Shown: piece by piece, positions 47,129 through 56,508 of the stretch
How positions within the stretch are numbered: the stretch's first letter is position 1
How the letters are laid out: each line of letters opens with the position of its first letter
DNA from: Phaeosaccion multiseriatum
Lineage: Eukaryota > Protista > Ochrophyta, other classes
Reading direction: 5' to 3'
Length of the DNA stretch: 64,000 nucleotides
Assembly (NCBI GenBank): GCA_965112735.1
Contig: OZ218961.1
Span: forward strand, 868,001 to 932,000
Notes under the pieces: model-generated
Told to the model about the DNA's origin: nothing
The model's input: only the letters and a program-made list of their open reading frames with translations
Database searches by the model: none
Position numbers and translations under genes: made by a program

Positions 47129-48169
47129 TCAGTCCTGGCAGTCGCACGGGTGCCCATTGGCGTGCACCCACTGCTTAATCTCCTCAAAGTCTTTGGCGTC
47201 GATATCCCACTCCTCTAGGTTAGGCTCTCCCAACACGGTGTCCCTGATGACCTGCGGGCACGACATTTCGTCCCACGCACACTGCACTTCCTCCGATCGG
47301 AGCCACTTCAGCACAGCAAGGCTCTTACTATTCAAGACTGCCTTCATACACACCTCCGCATCCCAATGGCAGAGGTGGCGAGCACTGGCGTAAAGGAATT
47401 GCAGCACCTCGAGGCGCCCCTCGTCAGCTGCGAAGTAAGCCCCCTTGCGCCAATAGCCGTCTTCATTCTGTTCCAGCAAGGCTCTCGTGGGAGGATGCTC
47501 GAGAAGCCATTCCACGACGGGGACATGCCCACCCGCGCATGCATGGGCCCAAGATACGGAACGAAAGTCAGCGTTTCCTTCTTCAGACAACAGCCACTGG
47601 AGCATCTCTAAGTGCCCTTCCTCTACCGCGCAGACACACATGGCGTAGCCGGTACCGTACCATGGGCATTGCTCCTTGTCGGGAAGGCCCTCTGAGCGCA
47701 GCCACTTTAGTACGGTCAGGCCATGCTTTCTGTTCTTCGCTGCTGCCTCACACACATCTCCACACACGTCTCCATCCCAGGGACAGTTCTTGCCATGGAG
47801 GGCTTTGCATACCTCGACATTTCCGTACTGGGCTGCGGCCTTGAAGAGCTGGACACTCAGTTCTAGGTCCTGCTGATCTGTTGTCGCCCAGTTGACGCAC
47901 TGCACAGAGCTGACCACAGATGAATAGCCTGTCTTCCCTGCTGGATACGAAGCAGCGTAGTTGGCCTTCCACTCCTTGCATACACCAGCCACAAAACAGA
48001 AGTGCCCCTTTCCCACATACGCCAACATGACGCAGAGCAGCTCGAGCTGTGCCAGGACCTCGTGGCAAGCTTCAAAGAGAAGTCCATTCCCTCCTTCATT
48101 CGAAGCGGTAGCACTGGCACCAGCACTACTCGCTGGTGGTGGTGGTGCTGCTGCTGGAGACCGTCCCAT
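47129..48169 (-). CDS. Intronless ankyrin-like repeat protein (GHLEVLQWL..CPW type) with F-box-like N-terminus
   Basis: LELLCVMLAYVGKGHFCFVAGVCKEWK followed by repeats such as CAVEEGHLEMLQWLL, AADEGRLEVLQFL and CPW/CHW/CAW. Confidence 0.82.
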   Translation of the reverse strand: MGRSPAAAPPPPASSAGASATASNEGGNGLLFEACHEVLAQLELLCVMLAYVGKGHFCFVAGVCKEWKANYAASYPAGKTGYSSVVSSVQCVNWATTDQQDLELSVQLFKAAAQYGNVEVCKALHGKNCPWDGDVCGDVCEAAAKNRKHGLTVLKWLRSEGLPDKEQCPWYGTGYAMCVCAVEEGHLEMLQWLLSEEGNADFRSVSWAHACAGGHVPVVEWLLEHPPTRALLEQNEDGYWRKGAYFAADEGRLEVLQFLYASARHLCHWDAEVCMKAVLNSKSLAVLKWLRSEEVQCAWDEMSCPQVIRDTVLGEPNLEEWDIDAKDFEEIKQWVHANGHPCDCQD

Positions 48170-48265
48170 CCTCCTCCAGCGTAGATTCACGCGATCTGTG
48201 ACTCTGGTTGAGGAGGCCGTGAAGATGGCAGCTGATGACTGGCTCGTTTCTCTGTCGATCTCTTT

Positions 48266-48445
48266 TCAGTCCACTACGTCCTGACACCTAGTACTGCCCA
48301 TGCCTTCCCCTCGAGCGCTCTCTCGCTCAGTCAGGCTAACTGCTAATACTGATAATTGTTTATATTGTGTAAGGGGGGGTAAATGCGATTTCCAGGGGGT
48401 GCCAAAGCAGGGCGGGCAGACGCGTCTGCCTCGCCCCTACTCCCA
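48266..48445 (-). repeat. Split direct repeat B2 (180 bp)
   Basis: Identical to 48850-49029. Confidence 0.95.
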
Positions 48446-48500
48446 TCCACCCCGTTGGATTCCCGATAATCCCACTCGTCCCCCCGGGCCGGGCGGGTGG

Positions 48501-48846
48501 GGAAACTTTTGCTGTCGCTGCCGTCTCCTTCGCGCGGTGGACTGCTGGGCTGCTCCGCCCCTTCGCTGTCCTTCTCACCGCGCTGAGCTCTTCGGCACTT
48601 GCTACAACTCTTTCGACGCCGTACTCGCGTCGCCTCCTCTTTTACAGTAGTGAATGCTAAATTCTTGCTCTACCCCGGTGGGCTGAGCGTCATACGTGGC
48701 CGCACGGGCCATTGGGCCCTCGCGTCGGTCGGCGCGGCGTGCCCTTGCCTCCATCCATTTTTTCTGTGACTGCCAGTCCTCCCCGTTTCCCGAAAATACG
48801 TTTTCGATACTATCGACTCGTAAACTCGCTCTGCTCGAAAACTACT
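48501..48846 (-). repeat. Split direct repeat A2 (346 bp)
   Basis: Identical to 52581-52926. Confidence 0.95.
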
Positions 48847-48849
48847 TTT

Positions 48850-49029
48850 TCAGTCCACTACGTCCTGACACCTAGTACTGCCCATGCCTTCCCCTCGAGC
48901 GCTCTCTCGCTCAGTCAGGCTAACTGCTAATACTGATAATTGTTTATATTGTGTAAGGGGGGGTAAATGCGATTTCCAGGGGGTGCCAAAGCAGGGCGGG
49001 CAGACGCGTCTGCCTCGCCCCTACTCCCA
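48850..49029 (-). repeat. Split direct repeat B1 (180 bp)
   Basis: Identical to 48266-48445. Confidence 0.95.
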
Positions 49030-49160
49030 ACTACACCCGCTTGAAATCTCATGTCTCCTTCCCCCCTTCTCCCCTAGTCTCCCCTCTGGCCCCCAACTTC
49101 TACGGCACCGATTCCCTCGCTCATGGCCAGCGTATTCGTTACCTCAGTTGACTCCGTCGA

Positions 49161-49279
49161 GTTCTGGCGGATGTAGACGATGAAGCAGTTGCTCTTCCAT
49201 GGTCCCTATCGCTGGACCTGGACGTCCGAGAAGTCCTTCGCCGCGATGGTCCTTGCCGCGCCGATCTGAAGAGGTGCCG
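49161..49279 (-). pseudogene. Tyrosine recombinase C-terminal remnant
   Basis: Reads H-L-F-(R, 1-nt loss)-IGAARTIAAKDFSDVQVQR*GPWKSNCFIVYIRQN, matching the HSxRIGAAT..GRWxS..Y box II of DIRS-order recombinases. Confidence 0.78.
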
Positions 49280-50719
49280 TGCTGATCTGCTGCCTTGTTG
49301 CCCGACGCTACATTGTCCGCTGCTACACTGTCTACTGCTCAGCTGCGGTGATGCTACGCTGCCTACTGTCGCATTGCCAGCCGTTGCTACGCTGCCCTCT
49401 GCAGGGGTCCTGCCGCTGTCGCACTGCCAGCCTGCTGCGCTCCTTATGCAGCTGTGCTGCCTACTCCTGCCCTGCCTGCTGTTGCGCGGCCTTCTACGGC
49501 TAACCGCCTACTGCTGCGCCGCCTACTGCTGCGCCGCCCGCTGCTGCGCTGCCTGCTGTTTCACTGGCGGTTGCTGTACTGCCTGCTGTTTCGCTGCCTG
49601 TTGCAGCTCTGCCTTCTGCGGCGCTGCCTGCTGCTCCGCTGCCTGCTGCAGCTGCCTTCTGCGGCGCTGCCTGCTGCTCCGCTGCCTCCTCCTGCGCCGC
49701 CTGCGGCTGCGCGGTGTGCTGCTTCAGTGTCTTCTGCCGCACCGGCTCCTGTTGCGCTGCCACTTGCTGCTCTGCCTGACGTTGCGCTGCCTGCCGCTAC
49801 TGGGCTGTAAACTGTCGCGCTATCTGCTGCTCGCCACCTGTTGCGGCGCCGCCTTACCGCTGCACTGCCTCCGGCTGCTCACTGCCTTCAGCTGCTGCTA
49901 TGCTGCACGTTGCCTCGCTGCCTACTGTCGCGCTGGTTCCGTCTTTCTGCGGTTGCTTAGCGCCTGATGCTGCACGGTCTGCTGTTGCGCTGCCTTCCCC
50001 GGTACTGCGCGCTGCTGCGCTGCCTGCCGCTACGCTGCCTCTAGCTTCTGCTCTGCCCTGCACTCCATCTTCGGCCTGCCCGATGCTGATCTACGTTTCG
50101 CTTCGCCTGCCCGCTGTTGACTGCCTTCTGCGTAACTCTACGAGCTGCTGCCCTACCTGCAGCTGCTGCCCCGCTTCCAGCGGCTGCACTGCTTTCCGCT
50201 GCCATGAAGGGACTGCTGTGTCCAGCCGCTTCATTGCATACTGCTGCACCGCACGTTGCCTCGCAGATCGATGCTGCGCTGCTGTCTACTGCTGTACTAC
50301 GTGTCGTTTCGCAGCCGCCGCTGCCTACGTTCTGCTCTGCTTAGTGCTGCTGCGCTGCCTCCGGCCTCTGCTACCTCGCGCTGCTGCCCTGCTTCCAGCT
50401 GCTTTAGTGCGTGTTGCCTCGCCGCCCGCTGCTGCACTGCTGCTGTACTTCATACTGTGTACCTTCGCAGCCCGCTATTCCACTGTCTCGGATGCTATCC
50501 TTTAGGCGGCTGCCCTGCTTCCGGCTGCTGCACTGCCTTCCGCTGCGGAACTTCGAGCTGCTGCGACACTTCCAGCTGCTGCACTGCACGCTGCATCGCA
50601 GCCCGCTGCTACACTGCCTTCTGCTGCTGCCATGCTTCGGGCTGCTGCTGTGCAGCATACTGCTGTACCTTCGCAGCCCGCTGTTCCACTGCCGTCGGAT
50701 GACTGCCTTACTTCCAGCT

Positions 50720-52307
50720 GGTCCATTGCCTTGTGCTGCTGCACTTGGAACTGCTGCGCCACTTCCATCATCTCTCGTACTGCACGTCGCATCGCTGCCC
50801 GCTGCTGCCGCGCTGCCTCATGCTGCTGTACTTGGAGCTGCTGTGCCACTTCCATCATCTCTCGTACTGCACGTCGCATCGCAGCCCGCTGCTGCGGCGC
50901 TGCCTTCTGCTGCTGTACTTGGAGCTGCTGCGCCACTCCCATCATCTGTCGTACTGCACGTCGCATCGCAGCCCGCTGCTGCGGCGCTGCCTTCTGCTGC
51001 TGTACTTGGAGCTGCTGCGCCACTCCCATCATCTGTCGTACTGCACGTCGCATCGCTGCCCGCTGCTGCGGCGCTGCCTTCTGCTTGTGGGGGGGCAGAG
51101 GGGGAGAGGGCAGCAGCATTCGGGCGTGTCAGCCTCAGGGGCACGTGTGGACGGAGCAGGTCATCGCTCCTGCCAGCATCGCAGGACTATCCCCATAGGA
51201 CTATCCCCATAGGACCATCCCCATAGGACCATCCCCATAGGACTATCCCCATAGGACCATCCCCATAGGACCATCCCCATAGGACCATCCCCATAGGACT
51301 ATCCCCATAGGACCATCCCCATAGGACTATCCCCATAGGACCATCCCCATAGGACTATCCCCATAGGACTATCCCCATAGCACTGTCCCATAGGACCATC
51401 CCCATAGGACTATCCCCATAGGACTGTCCCCATAGGACCATCCCCATAGGACTATCCCCATAGGACCATCCCCATAGGACCATCCCCATAGGACTATCCC
51501 CATAGGACCATCCCCATAGGACCATCCCCATAGGACCATCCCCATAGGACTATCCCCATAGGACCATCCCCATAGGACTATCCCCATAGGACCATCCCCA
51601 TAGGACTATCCCCATAGGACTATCCCCATAGCACTGTCCCCATAGGACCATCCCCATAGGACTATCCCCATAGGACTGTCCCCATAGGACCATCCCCATA
51701 GGACTATCCCCATAGGACCATCCCCATAGGACCATCCCCATAGGACCATCCCCATAGGACTATCCGCGGCGCTGCCTTCTGCTGCTGTACTTGGAGCTGC
51801 TGCGCCACTCCCATCATCTGTCGTACGGCACGTCGCATCGCAGCCCGCTGCTGCGGCGCTGCCTTCTGCTGCTGTACTTGGAGCTGCTGCGCCACTCCCA
51901 TCATCTCTCGTACTGCACGTCGCATCGCAGCCCGCTGCTGCGGCGCTGCCTTCTGCTGCTGTACTTGGATTGCTGCGCCACTCCCATCATCTGTCGTACT
52001 GCACGTCGCATCGCAGCCCGCTGCTGCGGCGCTGCCTTCTGCTGCTGTACTTGGAGCTGCTGCGCCACCTCCATCATCGTCGTACTGCACGTCGCATCGC
52101 AGCCCGCTGCTGCGGCGCTGCCTTCTGCTGCTGTACTTGGAGCTGCTGCGCCACTCCCATCATCTGTCGTACTGCACGTCGCATCGCAGCCCGCTGCTGC
52201 GGCGCTGCCTTCTGCTGCTGTACTTGGAGCTGCTACGCCACTCCCATCATCTGTCGTACTGCACGTCGCATCGCAGCCCGCTGATGCGGCGCTGCCTTCT
52301 GCTGTAC
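50720..52307. repeat. 87-bp tandem array (about 4 + 6 units) interrupted by a nested insertion
   Basis: Unit GCTGCCTTCTGCTGCTGTACTTGGAGCTGCTGCGCCACTCCCATCATCTGTCGTACTGCACGTCGCATCGCAGCCCGCTGCTGCGGC. Period confirmed at 50871 versus 50958. Confidence 0.9.
51086..51765 (+). mobile_element. Nested insertion: ~98-bp unique head plus ~41 x 14-bp repeat tail, flanked by an 18-bp direct duplication
   Basis: GCGGCGCTGCCTTCTGCT at 51068-51085 and 51766-51783. Tail (GGACYATCCCCATA)n at 51184-51765. Confidence 0.62.
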
Positions 52308-52580
52308 TCTCTATCCCCCATCGTCGTCTTGGTCCGTGTGTGGGCGGTGAAAACCCCACCTAGAGTGGCAATTGCCTTCGACACTCGAGCCACCGCCCGC
52401 ATGCTCGTGACTGCTGGGCTGCCCCATGCTGCCCTTACCGTGCTGAGCACTGAAATACTTGTGACGACTCTCAACGCTGAACTTGCGGTGCCTCCTCTCC
52501 AGACCACAAAATACGGCTGATCTGAAAAGATACGCCTCGTAGAAAGTCCCGGATCCCCTTCTCGTATAGCGGCGTCCCCC

Positions 52581-52926
52581 GGAAACTTTTGCTGTCGCTG
52601 CCGTCTCCTTCGCGCGGTGGACTGCTGGGCTGCTCCGCCCCTTCGCTGTCCTTCTCACCGCGCTGAGCTCTTCGGCACTTGCTACAACTCTTTCGACGCC
52701 GTACTCGCGTCGCCTCCTCTTTTACAGTAGTGAATGCTAAATTCTTGCTCTACCCCGGTGGGCTGAGCGTCATACGTGGCCGCACGGGCCATTGGGCCCT
52801 CGCGTCGGTCGGCGCGGCGTGCCCTTGCCTCCATCCATTTTTTCTGTGACTGCCAGTCCTCCCCGTTTCCCGAAAATACGTTTTCGATACTATCGACTCG
52901 TAAACTCGCTCTGCTCGAAAACTACT
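52581..52926 (-). repeat. Split direct repeat A1 (346 bp)
   Basis: Identical to 48501-48846. Confidence 0.95.
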
Positions 52927-53303
52927 TTTCTCTTTTTCCCTTCGATCTCAGAGGAGCAAAGCAGCAGTGCCGCACCGGGGGTTGAGACGGAGAGAAAGGA
53001 AAGTGGAAGGGGCCGCTATTCCCTTTCTTGTATGTGAGTAATTGCATGCTCCCGCGGGATGGTATTGGTTGTCTCCCCTTTATCCTCCCGGTCTCAGCGT
53101 TGCTGCCTCCCTCCACGCCCGCTCATCCGACTTCTCCCTACTCCGCTTTCGTTTGCTTGCATGCATACTGTTGCTGCCCCCGCTCCGCAGAAGCTCCAGA
53201 GGATCGACTCGTTCGAGGCTTCATTTGACACCGCCTTCTGCGGAGACTAGGCGGGTAGCGGGCTTTGCAAGAGGGGGCGCGCGTATCTACGCTGCAGAGG
53301 AGG

Positions 53304-54305
53304 ATGGCAACGAGTAGCGCTGATACCAATGCTGTCGCTTCAGATGAACGAGGGAATGGACCGCTCTTTGAAGCTTGCCACGAGGTCTTGGCACAGCTCG
53401 AGCTGCGCAGCGTCGTGTTGGAGTACGTGGGAAACGGGCACTTCTGCTTCGTGGCTGCTGTGTGCAAGGAGTGGAAGGCCAGCTACGCCACTTCGTATCC
53501 AGCAGGGAAGACAGGCTATTCATCTGTGGTCAGCTCTGTGCAGTGCGTCAACTGGGCGACAGATCGGCAAGGCCTCGAGGTAAGCACTAAACTCTTCTGG
53601 GCCGCTGCCCGATACGGAGATGTCGAGGTGTGCAAGGTCCTCTATGGCAAGGACTGTCCCTGGAATAAGTATCTGAGTCTCGCAACGACGCAAAATAGAG
53701 GGCATGGCCTGAGCGTACTAAAGTGGCTGCGCTCGGAGGACCTTCCAGACAAGGAGCAGTGCCCATGGCTCGGGAACGGCTCCATCATGTGTGCCAGCGC
53801 TGCAGAGAGAGGGCGCTTGGAGATGCTCAAGTGGTTGATGTCGGACGAAGGGAATGCCGTAACTTATTCCGGAGCTTGGATCTCCGCATGCCAAGGGGGG
53901 CATGTTCCCGTCGTGGCTTGGTTCTTCGAGCATCCTCCCACCCGAGCCTTGATGGAGGAGAATAGAGACGGCGAGTGGCGCAAGGGGGCGTTGTTTGCAG
54001 CTGACTCGGGCCGCCTCGAGGTACTGCAGTTCCTCCACACCAATGCTCGTGACCTCTGTGATTGGAATCCTCACGTGTGTTTCAACGCAGTCACGCACGG
54101 CAGGAGCCTTGCTGTGCTGAAATGGCTCCGATCGGAGGAAGTGCAGTGTGAGTGGGACGAAGAGTCGTGTCCACAGCTCATCAGGGACAGAGTGTACGAT
54201 GAATGGTATGGGGAGGGTGGGATATGGAACATCGACGCCAGAACCTTTGAGGAGATTAAGCAGTGGGTGCATGCCAACGGACACCCCTGCGACTGCCGAG
54301 ACTGA
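53304..54305 (+). CDS. Intronless ankyrin-like repeat protein with F-box-like N-terminus (paralog of 47129-48169)
   Basis: High similarity along the whole length, ending KQWVHANGHPCDCRD*. Confidence 0.82.
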   Translation: MATSSADTNAVASDERGNGPLFEACHEVLAQLELRSVVLEYVGNGHFCFVAAVCKEWKASYATSYPAGKTGYSSVVSSVQCVNWATDRQGLEVSTKLFWAAARYGDVEVCKVLYGKDCPWNKYLSLATTQNRGHGLSVLKWLRSEDLPDKEQCPWLGNGSIMCASAAERGRLEMLKWLMSDEGNAVTYSGAWISACQGGHVPVVAWFFEHPPTRALMEENRDGEWRKGALFAADSGRLEVLQFLHTNARDLCDWNPHVCFNAVTHGRSLAVLKWLRSEEVQCEWDEESCPQLIRDRVYDEWYGEGGIWNIDARTFEEIKQWVHANGHPCDCRD

Positions 54306-54984
54306 GAGGAGAAAAGGCTGGTACACAGAAGGGAAGAGAGAGAGAGAGGTATACGGTGGATGGCACAGAGTGCGTCCGAGTGCTTTGGCTGACTTACTGA
54401 CTCAATGCTGCGAAGCGAGTGCCTGTACACACATTGATACTGCAGTTCGTGGGCCCTTGCTCCCAACGATCAACACCGGGGGCATGGTGGCCGGGCCCCC
54501 CCCCCCCCCCCCCTGGTGACTCTAGCTGACACCAGGTACTGACTGACACCAGGCACTGACGTGGGACGGGCCATGCCAGGGACTCAGCTGTGGCCTTCGC
54601 AATCCCGTCGCCCTGCTTGCGTCTTGTTTCGAAAACGTGTGTGTGGGCAGGGTTTCAGTCTGCTTAGTTGGTGAATATGCAAGCAGAGCGAGGTTATGGT
54701 AGCCTAGTTGCGCGCGTCCTTGAGCCATCTGAAATAATGGAGAATACATCTCAGTCACACCCGTGGTCGCTCACTGACTCATTCACTCATGGTCTCCAAC
54801 CAATCGGTCTCTGCCGTGAACTGAGCATGTAGCAGCAACAACAGCAACACTAAGGGTGGCCAATGCGTAGTAGTACAATAGCCGTCGCTTGCCTCTCCTT
54901 GCCTTTTCCTCCTGGAGTGATCCACCCCAGCCAGACTTGAGCTTGGCTTGTCTCCCCTCTTCCCTCGTGGACTGACTTGACGGA

Positions 54985-56142
54985 TCAACATCCCCCCCGC
55001 TCGAACTTGTTTCCCCTCTCGTTGAGCAGGCCAAAATGCCTCTCGGTCTCCAACCCTTCCTTTCTGTTGCCGTCGGCCATCTGAAAGAGGTACATGCTCA
55101 CGCTTCTTTCTCGAGCCCACTGCAGCACGCCCCTGGTAAACGCCGCAGCATTCTCCGCTGTGGCGTGCTTTGCCCCCCTCGTCGGCCAACCTGTCTCTCC
55201 GACCACAACCTCCAAGCTGTCGTCCGCCTCCTCCCTCGTCGCTCCTCCTCCTTCTTGTCCTTCTCTCACTCTACGGACGGCCGCGACAACTGCGTCGTAC
55301 ATTCCAGACATGAGGTCGGTGTAGCGCGTGCCTTGATCATCGTAGCCCTGCCCTCCATTGCGAAAGGTGGCATACTCGACCGACACGTCGGGCCCAAGGG
55401 CAAAGTAGGGGTAGATGTTGATCAAGAAGGGGCTCCCTCGCTGCTTGGCCTTTTCCTCGTACAAAAACGCCACCACGCCCTGCATCACCTCCAGCACTGA
55501 GGAGTCGAACTCTCCCCTACTGGGCGGGTACGACATGCCCATGATTGACATGTCAAGCGGAGTGGTAACCTTCACCAGCGGGTGGCCTGCCACATCGAGA
55601 GCCTCTCGCAACCCTCTCAAATTCTTCACCAGAATAGAGACAAAGCGTCCCCTATTCTGGTGCGAAAGGACCTCGTTCCCGACGCAGATGGTTAGCTTGG
55701 GGGCCATCTCTGGCTTGGGAAGCTGTATGTGGTCCTCTACCCAGTTGGTCCAACCCTTTCCGCCCCTGATGCGAAGAACTTCATGGTTGGGCACGGCCAC
55801 CATCACCGCCGAGATGTGGTCCTGCTGGAGGTAGTGCGAGTAGGTCTTAACGTTTGTGTCAAACAACTTCACTGCCTGTACGCCTCGGTACGACAAGGAG
55901 GGAGTATCGGTCTTCGGCTGCTGCTGCTGCAGAGCACGTATCGTGGAGGACACCTCGGAAGGTCTCCAAGGTCGCGAGCTCAGTTCTCCGACGTTGACTC
56001 CGAGCAAAGCTCCGCCAGCAGCGGCGGTACAGGAGGCCGCATCTGCATTACTAGTGGGAGGAGGCAGTTGCTGCTGCTGCGGCTTTGCGACTTCTCCCTG
56101 GAGCGCCTTCCGCAACTTCCTGAACACCTTCTTCAGCACCAT
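54985..56142 (-). CDS. Glycoside hydrolase family 17 beta-1,3-glucanase, intronless CDS
   Basis: GVNVG, ICVGNEVL (acid/base Glu), PFLINIYPYF, VVVGETGWPT (nucleophile Glu), ERHFGL. Confidence 0.92.
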   Translation of the reverse strand: MVLKKVFRKLRKALQGEVAKPQQQQLPPPTSNADAASCTAAAGGALLGVNVGELSSRPWRPSEVSSTIRALQQQQPKTDTPSLSYRGVQAVKLFDTNVKTYSHYLQQDHISAVMVAVPNHEVLRIRGGKGWTNWVEDHIQLPKPEMAPKLTICVGNEVLSHQNRGRFVSILVKNLRGLREALDVAGHPLVKVTTPLDMSIMGMSYPPSRGEFDSSVLEVMQGVVAFLYEEKAKQRGSPFLINIYPYFALGPDVSVEYATFRNGGQGYDDQGTRYTDLMSGMYDAVVAAVRRVREGQEGGGATREEADDSLEVVVGETGWPTRGAKHATAENAAAFTRGVLQWARERSVSMYLFQMADGNRKEGLETERHFGLLNERGNKFERGGC

Positions 56143-56508
56143 TTCCCACTGCTGAAGTGAGAGGGCCCAATTGACCCTATGGCTTCTCCATTTTGGGGGG
56201 AAAGGGGGGGGAGAGGGGGGTATGGAAGGGGGGCTTATTTCTGAGTCTCTGATTCAGTGAGTCAGAGAGGGAGGGAGGGAGGGAGGGAGGGAGGGAGGGG
56301 GGGAGAGAGAGAGTGAGTGAGTGAGTGAGGGAGAGGGAGGGAGACGGGAAGAGGGGAAGAGAGGGAGGGAAGGGTGGAGGGTGGAGTGAGTGAGAGGTGA
56401 GTAAGTCATGAAATCTGCATAATAGTAAAGATGTTTCCCTCCGTCCCCTCTCTCCGTCCACCCACTCCTCCTAGATGCCGTGGGTTGATACAGGACACGT
56501 CGGACGCG

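Larger units (their letters stand above)
48266..52929 (-). mobile_element. Non-autonomous tyrosine-recombinase retrotransposon with split direct repeats (Ngaro/PAT/TOC1-like)
   Basis: On the minus strand: A1(346 bp), internal region, B1(180), A2(346), 55-bp spacer, B2(180). Repeat pairs are identical, a YR remnant precedes B1, and TTT occurs at both ends and at the B1/A2 junction. Confidence 0.88.

Noticed and set aside
50720-52307. CRISPR-like reading of the 14-bp and 87-bp arrays
   Set aside because: The units are head-to-tail with no unique spacers, there are no cas genes, and the context is eukaryotic.
49279-52520. Cys/Ala/Leu-rich ORFs inside the element
   Set aside because: They are products of GCT-rich repeats open in several frames, with no domain motifs.
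48501-52926. Ordinary LTR retrotransposon bounded by the 346-bp repeats
   Set aside because: No TG..CA ends, PBS or 4-6-bp TSD, and it leaves the second repeat pair and the YR relic unexplained.
29999-54305. Endogenous giant virus (FNIP and ankyrin-like genes)
   Set aside because: No capsid, polB, packaging ATPase or other hallmark genes, and the genes are interspersed with spliced host genes.
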